From the IMG/VR virus record IMGVR_UViG_3300037882_002358, positions 1-28,328 of that record: a stretch of DNA of 28,328 nt. The stretch is one strand, 5' to 3'. The position numbers and the translations under genes were made by a program. The notes below the pieces were generated by a model. The model ran no database searches and was not told the origin of the DNA. It worked only from the letters and a program-made list of their open reading frames with translations. Positions 8,462 through 16,379 of the stretch are shown here, in pieces. How positions within the stretch are numbered: the first letter of the stretch is position 1; every line of letters starts with the position of its first letter. The stretch is from a virus. Taxonomy: Duplodnaviria > Caudoviricetes.

Positions 8462-9382
8462 ATGGTTGATATTAATCTTATTTTAGATAGAGCTATTCAT
8501 GATGATGGTGCTGAAAGCGATATCGCAGTCAGCATGCTTCGCAAATTAGCCAAGAAGCAAACAGGATCATTTGTTTTCGTATCCGATAATTCTCTTAGTC
8601 TTGGACCGAGCATTTTGGTATCCAATCTCAGAGAGGAGAAACTGCGCCTGAGCGAAATGATTGAGAATCAAAAGAAAGAGATTGAACATCTCAAGAAGGC
8701 ATTACAGGTGCGTGGCGCACCAAAAAAGAGAGAGGCAACTTTTCCTTGGGAAAAATATCCTAATCTTGAAATGCGGGCTTTTGAAATGATCTTTCTTGAA
8801 AAGAGAAGCATGGCTGATGCCAAAAATTATATTCTTGATAATGTTCCTGATGCTTCTGATAGCAGTAGGATCATTAATCAGCGATTTGTGCAAAACAAGC
8901 CCAACGCCGAAATGATGAAGAGGATCATCGTCAAGAAAGACGGCAGCGATATTACATGGGATGAATTATGGCGGATCGGAACCATCCAACATTCTGATAA
9001 TTGGATTCAACGCGTAATGTTTCATGGCAGTGGGTGGGATAGCTTCAACAAAGGGGGCTGTGTCCCAAAGGCGTGGCATAAACTGAACCCCAATAAATTC
9101 ATTAATGTGGCTGGACGTAGGAAACTCAGAAAAATGTTTGATGACAATTCTTTTCCCCCAGCAGGCGAAGAATTAATCATGATGGTTCTGCAAGCTGGCT
9201 CTAACGGGATTACCAACGAACAGCTTAAAAATCAAGGAGCAGGTATGCGCCGACTGACCGAAAATGTTGACAAATCTATAATTTTCCGAGAAGCGGGGAG
9301 GCTATATCACTACTCCTTTGCATACCTGTTTCCCAATAATCCACAAGCCCAACTTTCTTTCAAGAAATTTGCGTCAAAATAA
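8462..9382 (+). CDS. Hypothetical protein (coiled-coil N-terminal part)
   Basis: GAGGGA Shine-Dalgarno upstream of ATG 8462 (MVDINL); the longer start at 8423 lies inside the hairpin. Confidence 0.75.
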   Translation: MVDINLILDRAIHDDGAESDIAVSMLRKLAKKQTGSFVFVSDNSLSLGPSILVSNLREEKLRLSEMIENQKKEIEHLKKALQVRGAPKKREATFPWEKYPNLEMRAFEMIFLEKRSMADAKNYILDNVPDASDSSRIINQRFVQNKPNAEMMKRIIVKKDGSDITWDELWRIGTIQHSDNWIQRVMFHGSGWDSFNKGGCVPKAWHKLNPNKFINVAGRRKLRKMFDDNSFPPAGEELIMMVLQAGSNGITNEQLKNQGAGMRRLTENVDKSIIFREAGRLYHYSFAYLFPNNPQAQLSFKKFASK

Positions 9383-9967
9383 CCAATCCATTTGCGGAAG
9401 GGCAGTGTGATTAGGCAAAAATATGAACCAAGCGAAGTCCCAAATATTGCTATGTGCTGTTCCTGTATCAACTTCCCAACGAGGTCTCTTGGCAAGATTA
9501 AGAACAAAAGCAAGACCAGATGTTTTTAACCATCTGCTCCGCTTTGCTGTACCTTGCCAAGAGACCGATTGTAAAATACATATCGGCCCGTTGATGTGCG
9601 TCCTTGCCTTTTCAACAAAATTAACCGACAGAGAAAACGGTGGATTAGTAATCAAGAAGTCGGCTTCGGGGGGCGCTTCCCAATTAAGATAATCTTTAAT
9701 CGAAATATTAGTGGTAGGGACGTTATTGTTCAGTAATTCGCGTTCTTCCTCACGTATATCATTAACGTAATGTGCATGTGTATTGCCACGATTAATTATT
9801 TCACCAATCATTCTACCGTCTCCTGAAGAAGGATCGAATCCTATCCCTTTGAACCAATCTGGGCGATAATCCAGTAATGGAGTATATGCATATGCGGGAG
9901 TTCGATATACTTCATTCTTAGTATTACGATCCAGAACATTAGTATTAATATTGTGTAATTTAGTCAT
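9374..9967 (-). CDS. SAM-dependent amino (N6A/N4C) DNA methyltransferase
   Basis: YRTP, motif I FDPSSGDG, motif IV ITNPPFS, C-terminal FAWFIF. Confidence 0.8.
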   Translation of the reverse strand: MTKLHNINTNVLDRNTKNEVYRTPAYAYTPLLDYRPDWFKGIGFDPSSGDGRMIGEIINRGNTHAHYVNDIREEERELLNNNVPTTNISIKDYLNWEAPPEADFLITNPPFSLSVNFVEKARTHINGPICILQSVSWQGTAKRSRWLKTSGLAFVLNLAKRPRWEVDTGTAHSNIWDFAWFIFLPNHTALPQMDWLF

Positions 9968-9968
9968 G

Positions 9969-10009
9969 CTTTATTTAGTAATTAAATTATACCTTATTAC
10001 TAAATAAAG
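9969..10009. repeat. Perfect 14-bp inverted repeat forming two back-to-back late promoters
   Basis: CTTTATTTAGTAAT (9969-9982) and ATTACTAAATAAAG (9996-10009); each arm contains CTAAATA 4 nt before an ATG. Confidence 0.85.
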
Positions 10010-10010
10010 T

Positions 10011-10562
10011 ATGGCTTTATCATCACGTAATCTTGCGGGAAGTTCATCAGGGCGACCAGAAATGGATTTCTATCCCACATCCAGAGAAACAGTAATTTCA
10101 TTATTAGAGAGAGAAACTTTCGTTGGATCGATCTGGGAAAATTCATGTGGTGATGGGGCAATTTGTCGTGTCTTGAATGAACATGGATATCAAGATATTA
10201 TAGCTACAGATTTAGCGGATCGTGGTTATGGCGAAGTGGGGCACGATTTTATTACCAGCCCGTATACCGCAGATAATATTGTTATGAACCCACCATTTTC
10301 TATGGCTCAGCAATTTGTGGAACTATCTTTAAAAAGGACTACGGGGAAAGTTGCTATGTTGGGTAAGTTGGTATTTCTGGAAGGACAGAAAAGAAAGCCG
10401 TTTTTTGAAGCAACTCCTCTTCGAACCGTATATGTCTTTTCCAAGAGAGTTAACTTTTATCGTAATGGTGAGAAGGGTAATTATGGGTCCAGCACAATGG
10501 CATTTGCATGGTTCGTATGGGAGCATAGTCATATTGGTAAACCCACGATAGAGTGGTTATGA
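10011..10562 (+). CDS. SAM-dependent amino (N6A/N4C) DNA methyltransferase
   Basis: DFYPT, motif I WENSCGDG, motif IV VMNPPFS, C-terminal FAWFVW. Confidence 0.85.
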   Translation: MALSSRNLAGSSSGRPEMDFYPTSRETVISLLERETFVGSIWENSCGDGAICRVLNEHGYQDIIATDLADRGYGEVGHDFITSPYTADNIVMNPPFSMAQQFVELSLKRTTGKVAMLGKLVFLEGQKRKPFFEATPLRTVYVFSKRVNFYRNGEKGNYGSSTMAFAWFVWEHSHIGKPTIEWL

Positions 10563-10745
10563 TAACTTCCATGCATCATATACCCCGAATGTATCACCGA
10601 ATGTGAATTCAGTGATCAGGCTGGGATCAACGGGATCACCATCATTGTGTTCATTCACAAAGCGCTCAATGGCTTGTTCTTTAGGAACATTCAGATAAGC
10701 AACTTGGGAACCCAGCCACCCGATTGTTATTAGATTATTACACAT
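10557..10745 (-). CDS. Hypothetical 62-aa protein
   Basis: Overlaps the stop of the upstream minus-strand gene; fills the gap. Confidence 0.55.
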   Translation of the reverse strand: MCNNLITIGWLGSQVAYLNVPKEQAIERFVNEHNDGDPVDPSLITEFTFGDTFGVYDAWKLS

Positions 10746-11028
10746 TGTGCTTTAACTTCCATGGATTTCGTTGATCTACTTCACTACCTTTTATCTCGTG
10801 TCCGGGTGATATTTTTCTAAAACTCCCCGCCCAATATGAGAGATCACCATCCATACGAGGGATTCCCACCAAGTCAAGTGCAGCACTAATGAAACTTGGA
10901 TCATCCGCATCTACGCAGTCGTCCCAAACGTTCTCCACAATATGAATCGATCCTGTGGAAACTTCTTTCGGATACTTGGGATGTTTGATAACACATAAGG
11001 CAATATCACCTTGTTTCCATTCCGTCAT
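10738..11028 (-). CDS. Hypothetical protein
   Basis: GGGAGA Shine-Dalgarno upstream of ATG 11028 (MTEWKQGDIALCV). Confidence 0.65.
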   Translation of the reverse strand: MTEWKQGDIALCVIKHPKYPKEVSTGSIHIVENVWDDCVDADDPSFISAALDLVGIPRMDGDLSYWAGSFRKISPGHEIKGSEVDQRNPWKLKHNV

Positions 11029-11080
11029 ATATAATCTCCCTATACTCCTTTTATAGTATACCATTGATCAATCTTTGGCG

Positions 11081-11087
11081 ATAAATA
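11081..11087 (+). promoter_or_regulatory. T4-type late promoter (ATAAATA)
   Basis: TAAATA 11082-11087, spacer TCAT, ATG 11092. Confidence 0.7.
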
Positions 11088-11091
11088 TCAT

Positions 11092-12774
11092 ATGCGCGAA
11101 TTTATAAACAAAGTCAATAGCCCGACTATCTACGGATATACTCCTGATACCAATAGATCAATCATTATGGCAAATGGCCTTGATCCTCAAGAGGTTGAAA
11201 TTTCAACAGAACTTAATTCACGCGTGGGCTATGACATATGGGAAATACACCGAGATGCTGATTTGCAAGAATTGATACCAGCTTTTATGCTCAATCTTAT
11301 GAGTGATCGTATAATGGAATCGCGTAGCTATTCCATTTCTATAAATGACGGGCTTCCCATCCGTATTTTGAAAAACCCTTCAGCTAAGCAATTAGAGCAG
11401 ATGAATACAGACTTGAGATGCATCATTGAGGGTTCTGATTTATATGTTTGGGATGCATATTTTGGAACACATTACGATGTAGCAAACGAGATGGTGCTTC
11501 ATCCAGATTACGAATTGACATTCCATAACGGCGTATTCAATTGGGAAACCGATGAAGAAGCTCTTAATCATCCAACAGTCAAGAGAGCGTTTCCCAATGC
11601 GTCTATTCAATTAACCGAAGCAAGTAGACCCAAACCATCTAATTCAGCAATTAAGTTTTGGATTACGCCCACGGGAGAAATAGATTATTTTGATGAAGAT
11701 CATCATTTCACCTATTTGACCAATAGGGATATCACATGGGGGCAGGCATTTGATGAAGGATACGTAAGAGGATTTGTTGAAGAGAGTGAACAAATAATCA
11801 ATCTGGATTATGATCAAAGAAAGATCACCCCGAGAATTAAACGAGCGATATTGAAGCTCATAAGTGCGTATCGCCCAATAGAAATTATTGAGGATGAGAC
11901 ACGACATGGTGCATATTATGGCAGCGAGCGATTATCAACCCGAGAATATATCGAAATTCTTCGCAATATGGGGACAGGGGAATTAACCGAAGCACCAATT
12001 GCAGATATTACGCATGTGGGTAATTGGGAGAAAAATTCTTCGTTTCGTGACCCTCGTGACCGAAAATTGCTAACGTCGGTTAAGGCTTTGGATAAGATCA
12101 AAACGATGTGGAAATATCCCGAAGATGAGGATTACAACATCATTCTATTGAATCATCCTGAGGGCCATCGTTATCAAGAAATGGGCTTCACTGATATCGA
12201 GCGGCTTCCCGGAATGTTTGGGAAAACATGGGATCAGATCGAACCCATGATTAAAGATGACCAGATCAATATCATATATACCAATAACAGTGGGTCTGAG
12301 CGGGTTCCGATGACCGGTTGGATTATGGCGCATCGTATGGGGCATGCTCTATATGCTGGGAGAGGTCGATCCTACTATATGGAGGAAGCCTGTCAGACAC
12401 TGTTTAGATATCTGAAAGACTATACAGAAGAATATGGTTTTCATTTAGGTAATCAATCAACGGCCTTTACCAAAAAGGGACCATTGATGGCTCTTCTGTA
12501 TGAGGTATGCACATTTAAAGGAGCCAGAGAACGTAATATGCGAAATGTATATGAAGTATTCTTTGATCTATTCGCACAGTATATATTTAGAGGAAAACTG
12601 ATTTTCAATCCGTTGCCACGAAGCTTCCGTTATGGAAACACGACTTACAGTTATCAAGGGGACGATTTGGATTTCCAACATTGGAACAATTCTATGGATG
12701 ATCTCAATTATGAATTATCAAGCATGTTCGATACTGCGATAAGATATTCAGTTGGGAAGGTTCTGGTGATGTGA
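11092..12774 (+). CDS. Putative virion-internal multi-module polyprotein
   Basis: N-terminus MREFINKV; internal IME (aa 74-76), LTE (174-176) and LTE (298-300) at apparent module boundaries; last module has a zincin-like AHRMGHA. Confidence 0.6.
   Translation: MREFINKVNSPTIYGYTPDTNRSIIMANGLDPQEVEISTELNSRVGYDIWEIHRDADLQELIPAFMLNLMSDRIMESRSYSISINDGLPIRILKNPSAKQLEQMNTDLRCIIEGSDLYVWDAYFGTHYDVANEMVLHPDYELTFHNGVFNWETDEEALNHPTVKRAFPNASIQLTEASRPKPSNSAIKFWITPTGEIDYFDEDHHFTYLTNRDITWGQAFDEGYVRGFVEESEQIINLDYDQRKITPRIKRAILKLISAYRPIEIIEDETRHGAYYGSERLSTREYIEILRNMGTGELTEAPIADITHVGNWEKNSSFRDPRDRKLLTSVKALDKIKTMWKYPEDEDYNIILLNHPEGHRYQEMGFTDIERLPGMFGKTWDQIEPMIKDDQINIIYTNNSGSERVPMTGWIMAHRMGHALYAGRGRSYYMEEACQTLFRYLKDYTEEYGFHLGNQSTAFTKKGPLMALLYEVCTFKGARERNMRNVYEVFFDLFAQYIFRGKLIFNPLPRSFRYGNTTYSYQGDDLDFQHWNNSMDDLNYELSSMFDTAIRYSVGKVLVM
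11609..11994 (+). repeat. 14-bp exact direct repeat AATTAACCGAAGCA (11609-11622 and 11981-11994)
   Basis: Both copies encode LTEA in frame; spacing is 372 nt (124 codons). Confidence 0.85.
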
Positions 12775-12775
12775 T

Positions 12776-13990
12776 ATGAGTAATCAGCAATTACTTCTTG
12801 ATCTTAAAGAAAAATATCAAGAATATAATCAACAATATTATAATGCAGAATTACCCCCAATACCATTTCGATGGGGTAAACTCAAAGGGGTGATTGCTGC
12901 CGTTAAATTCAATACTATTGGTGTTCGCAATGGTCCGAGAAAACTTATACCTGATAGTCTCGAAATGGTTTTCAATGGGTTATATCGTTTTGATATTGAT
13001 AAACTAATTCCTATATTGTTACACGAAATGGTTCACGTATATATTGCAGCAGTGCTGAACAATACCACGGAGAGCCATGGGAATATCTTCATGAAAGAAT
13101 TACGAGCGCTTGAAAAAAAGAGCGGCATCGTGATTCCGCTCACGGACAGCACTAAAGAACTTGAGTTAACCAACACGGAAGAATTGGGAATAGTGCTTCG
13201 GTATCAACCAGATGGTAAGTGCGCCTATGCTATTTTCTCTCCAAAAACAATCAGTAACAAGCTTGAAGATTTCAAAAAAGCTTGGCGGGGAGAAGTTGAA
13301 CTACGAATTGTTAACTCCGAGGTTTGGATGCGTAAATCCCAAAGCATTCCTATACAACGTAATATCGGATATAAGACTCGTTTTTGGATAATGAACGATA
13401 CCGATTACAATGATCTCATCAACAATTCAACTATCGTATGGACCAACCGTCTTAATGAAGAACACTATCATGGTAGTGTTGCGGATTTTGAGGAATTTGA
13501 TGGTGCAATGGTCGGAACTGGTGATGGGGCGTTGACTTTTGGTTGGGGGATATACGTCACCAATAATATTAAGTTGGCGAGATCATATCGCAAACGAGGA
13601 ACGGGTAAATTATTCAACGTAAAGATTCCTGCTGAAGACAAGCTGCTTGATTGGAACAAAACATTAAGTGAACAATCCCCATATGTCAAATCTGCTTTGC
13701 ACAAAATGGGATATTCAAAATTACGCCAATATGCAGAAGAAAAAGAACTAATTGGTCATTATGGCGATGATGAAACCGGGGAAGACATCTATGGTATGAT
13801 TGCGAGCATTGTCCCCTTTCGAATCGCTAATATGACCAGAGAATCATTCGTGCAGTATCGAAAACGAGCAAGTATATGGTTGCTCCATTATGGGATTGAA
13901 GGCATTCGCTATCAAGACGTGACCCAATATGGCGGGAACAATTTTGTCATCTTTGATCCAACTCGGATTCAGATTCTGAAGAAAACATGA
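12776..13990 (+). CDS. SprT-like zinc metalloprotease fused to ART-like domain
   Basis: N-half YQEYNQQYY...LLHEMVH...ESHG..F; C-half YHGS..F..F, GTGDG...FGWGIYVT, WNKTLSEQSP, GIEGIRY and NFVIFDP. Confidence 0.7.
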   Translation: MSNQQLLLDLKEKYQEYNQQYYNAELPPIPFRWGKLKGVIAAVKFNTIGVRNGPRKLIPDSLEMVFNGLYRFDIDKLIPILLHEMVHVYIAAVLNNTTESHGNIFMKELRALEKKSGIVIPLTDSTKELELTNTEELGIVLRYQPDGKCAYAIFSPKTISNKLEDFKKAWRGEVELRIVNSEVWMRKSQSIPIQRNIGYKTRFWIMNDTDYNDLINNSTIVWTNRLNEEHYHGSVADFEEFDGAMVGTGDGALTFGWGIYVTNNIKLARSYRKRGTGKLFNVKIPAEDKLLDWNKTLSEQSPYVKSALHKMGYSKLRQYAEEKELIGHYGDDETGEDIYGMIASIVPFRIANMTRESFVQYRKRASIWLLHYGIEGIRYQDVTQYGGNNFVIFDPTRIQILKKT

Positions 13991-14718
13991 GCGTATATCA
14001 AGGAAGTTCTGAAGGTGGCGGAACTGGTATCATGGCGGATGAGATAGCCCTTGACACCGAATTGATGCAAGAGGGTGAAAAATTAGCATATTTGACGCAA
14101 AAATTTGGGAGTGAAAGTGCGGCGCGAGCATATATGAGGGCAACAGAGAGTAATGTAGAAAATGGCCTTTCTGACCCCATTACACCGTTTGATACTAAAG
14201 CGAAGGTCGTGGGGTGCGCTGATTTCACAGATAGTTCCCCAACGTCTACCAGAATATCTCGTTACTTTACATTGGATATGCTGAGCACACAAACTGTATA
14301 TACTCGATATCCCATTGTTGCCCATAATGGATTTAGTCGAGCGGGCGTTATGTGTAATTTGAAACATCTTGCCGTCAACACTCTTGATCCCATACGTGAT
14401 TGGGATAAGGGATTTAAAATAGGGAGTGGGTTTAGGTCTAACTCTTCAACCGATCATGGATCGGGTAGCGCCGTGGATATATATTTCTATAAACCAAACT
14501 CCACACAGAGGATGTCCGTGAGTGAATTAGTGGTGGTAGCGAAGTATCTCATCAACGGACTGAAGGTTCCCTTTACCCAGTTGTTATTAGAATCAAGCGG
14601 AAACGGAACGGGATGGATTCATGTGGCATTGCGGAAAAGCGGAGTTAATTCCAATATGCGGGTTGGATATTCTCTCAACAACGGTAACAGTTTTAATCCC
14701 GGATTACCCAAACTTTAA
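13987..14718 (+). CDS. Peptidase M15A-family zinc peptidoglycan peptidase
   Basis: ISRYFTL, NLKHLAVNTLDPIR, SGFRS, H..GSAVDI and WIHV (H/D/H zinc ligands); ATGA coupling to the upstream gene. Confidence 0.85.
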   Translation: MSVYQGSSEGGGTGIMADEIALDTELMQEGEKLAYLTQKFGSESAARAYMRATESNVENGLSDPITPFDTKAKVVGCADFTDSSPTSTRISRYFTLDMLSTQTVYTRYPIVAHNGFSRAGVMCNLKHLAVNTLDPIRDWDKGFKIGSGFRSNSSTDHGSGSAVDIYFYKPNSTQRMSVSELVVVAKYLINGLKVPFTQLLLESSGNGTGWIHVALRKSGVNSNMRVGYSLNNGNSFNPGLPKL

Positions 14719-14720
14719 TT

Positions 14721-14749
14721 TTGCAAAACAGCCCAATAAAGAGTATAGA
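14721..14749 (+). promoter_or_regulatory. Sigma70-like promoter, probably leaderless
   Basis: TTGCAA (14721-14726), 17 nt, TATAGA (14744-14749), 6 nt, ATG 14756. Confidence 0.55.
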
Positions 14750-14755
14750 TCATCC

Positions 14756-15052
14756 ATGAACGACATGAAATCTATTCTTGATAACATTTTACACCTATCG
14801 GCATCTGGTATTGATCCACTGGCTTACATGCAGGAAAACTTAGTAACAAGTGAACAACTTGAAGTAGAGTTAGCATCCATGAACCTTTACTGTTCTATAT
14901 GTGGATCATGTGGAGATCAGGGTTGTGGATGCACACACAAATGTAAATTTTCATTTGAGCATCCAGATGTTTTGAAAAAGATAGATGAATTGGAAGACGA
15001 GATTAAAGTCTTGAGAGAAACTATAGACACAATGGTGCAGTATGGGAAATGA
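14756..15052 (+). CDS. Small Cys-rich protein with C-terminal coiled coil
   Basis: CSICGSCGDQGCGCTHKC cluster; start reassigned to MNDMKS at 14756. Confidence 0.65.
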   Translation: MNDMKSILDNILHLSASGIDPLAYMQENLVTSEQLEVELASMNLYCSICGSCGDQGCGCTHKCKFSFEHPDVLKKIDELEDEIKVLRETIDTMVQYGK

Positions 15053-15341
15053 CGAATTTGTATTGAAGTTTGACGAGATAATGAGACATTTCTCCACACC
15101 ACAAACTTGTAATCCTGATGATGAAATCATTGATATCGTGGCAAATTTATCAAATGAAGAACGCGATGCCATTCTTCCATGTAGTCCAGTTTCGAGGAAA
15201 TCTTTACTAAAGAAAGGTCTGGCTCACTGGTCAAGACGGCATGGTCATTCTCATGATAGTATAAAACTAAGCAACAAAGGATACCGTGTCCGTGATTATA
15301 TGGTGAAGCAGGGCTTGATCGATCTTGGGAAATATACTTAA
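15042..15341 (+). CDS. Hypothetical protein (possible winged-helix)
   Basis: SLLKKGLA...IKLSNKG pattern resembles a wHTH wing; overlaps the upstream stop. Confidence 0.6.
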   Translation: MGNDEFVLKFDEIMRHFSTPQTCNPDDEIIDIVANLSNEERDAILPCSPVSRKSLLKKGLAHWSRRHGHSHDSIKLSNKGYRVRDYMVKQGLIDLGKYT

Positions 15342-15345
15342 CGTA

Positions 15346-15353
15346 TATAAATA
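15346..15353 (+). promoter_or_regulatory. T4-type late promoter (perfect TATAAATA)
   Basis: TATAAATA 15346-15353, spacer GAGA, ATG 15358. Confidence 0.75.
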
Positions 15354-15357
15354 GAGA

Positions 15358-15879
15358 ATGCGTTTTTGGATAAATCTGGTAAGTGAAGGCGTAGGCTCCC
15401 CTCATCACTTCCATGGCTCTCTTGATAGAATAACAGAGCCTTTTCATGCCTTGACTCATTTTGGTTCCGAAGATGCAGCACAACGTCGTGCGGCGTTCAT
15501 GGCACATAAGCAAGCGAAGCCTCTCTCATCAGATTTATGGATTCATGAAGTGGTTCTTTCAATTACTAATCCAATGAGAATTCATGATATAGGACAACAT
15601 AGTGTTATGGCATTAAATGATCTTCTAACCTATGAGGTTCCTCGCAATCAGAGAATTACACAAAATGAGCGCGAAATTATTTTTAAAGAGGGGGAAATAG
15701 GTCTTTCTCGCGTAATGTTGAAGAGAGGGTTTGATGGATTTATCTATCAGAATAAACACGAAGATGTTGGGCATGATTCTTTAATAATCCTTGAATCATC
15801 ACAGGTGCGACTATACAACGTATACTCTATCAGCTTACATGACGTATTGTATACCAGAGGATTGATAAATCTGGATTAA
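15358..15879 (+). CDS. ART-like protein (polyvalent-protein ART type), putative virion-internal
   Basis: N-terminus MRFWINLVSE, then FHGS, THFGS..AA, LSITNP, GFDGFIYQN..E and S.IIL...QV. Confidence 0.6.
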   Translation: MRFWINLVSEGVGSPHHFHGSLDRITEPFHALTHFGSEDAAQRRAAFMAHKQAKPLSSDLWIHEVVLSITNPMRIHDIGQHSVMALNDLLTYEVPRNQRITQNEREIIFKEGEIGLSRVMLKRGFDGFIYQNKHEDVGHDSLIILESSQVRLYNVYSISLHDVLYTRGLINLD

Positions 15880-16367
15880 GAAAGCTTAGTCCTATCTTCC
15901 TTAATGGCGCGGGCCATATCTCCAAGATGGAATGGTAAAACTTTAAGTGATCTTGCGAGATGCTTACACAGGCCACCCTTGAGATAAGGATTCCTAATGT
16001 GGGGAAATCGGTTCTCAGGGATAATAGAAGCATCCATTTGCGTCATAACGTATTGGTGCCCCCAATACGAAAATGAGGGGCACGTGCAATATACACGGAT
16101 GTTTGCGCCCCAAAATAACAATCGGGCTGCTTCTGGGGCTGTCTGTTCCAAATCTTTGACTTCATTTTCCCATTCATCAAATCTAACAGAAGTCATCCAA
16201 CCATTATAACGATTTGGGACGAAAAACTGCATAGTGTCGGGACGAGAGCGGCCTCGGTATTGGACCATTTTGATTAAATGTGAATAATCTCGGTGGGGTA
16301 ACCATCCGGGAACAACTTTCCGCATGATATCGCGGTAATACATTTCATCAAGAAGTTCAGTGCTCAT
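15876..16367 (-). CDS. SWIM zinc-finger protein
   Basis: VYCTCPSF...LCKHL (CxC...CxH). Confidence 0.7.
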   Translation of the reverse strand: MSTELLDEMYYRDIMRKVVPGWLPHRDYSHLIKMVQYRGRSRPDTMQFFVPNRYNGWMTSVRFDEWENEVKDLEQTAPEAARLLFWGANIRVYCTCPSFSYWGHQYVMTQMDASIIPENRFPHIRNPYLKGGLCKHLARSLKVLPFHLGDMARAIKEDRTKLS

Positions 16368-16372
16368 TATGA

Positions 16373-16379
16373 TATTTAG
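16373..16379 (-). promoter_or_regulatory. T4-type late promoter (CTAAATA)
   Basis: TAAATA 16378-16373, 5 nt, ATG 16367; its TAA is the stop of the upstream gene. Confidence 0.6.

Noticed and set aside
8462-10562. Restriction-modification system (orphan gene plus methyltransferases)
   Set aside because: No convincing PD-(D/E)xK, HNH or GIY-YIG motif seen in the neighbouring orphan
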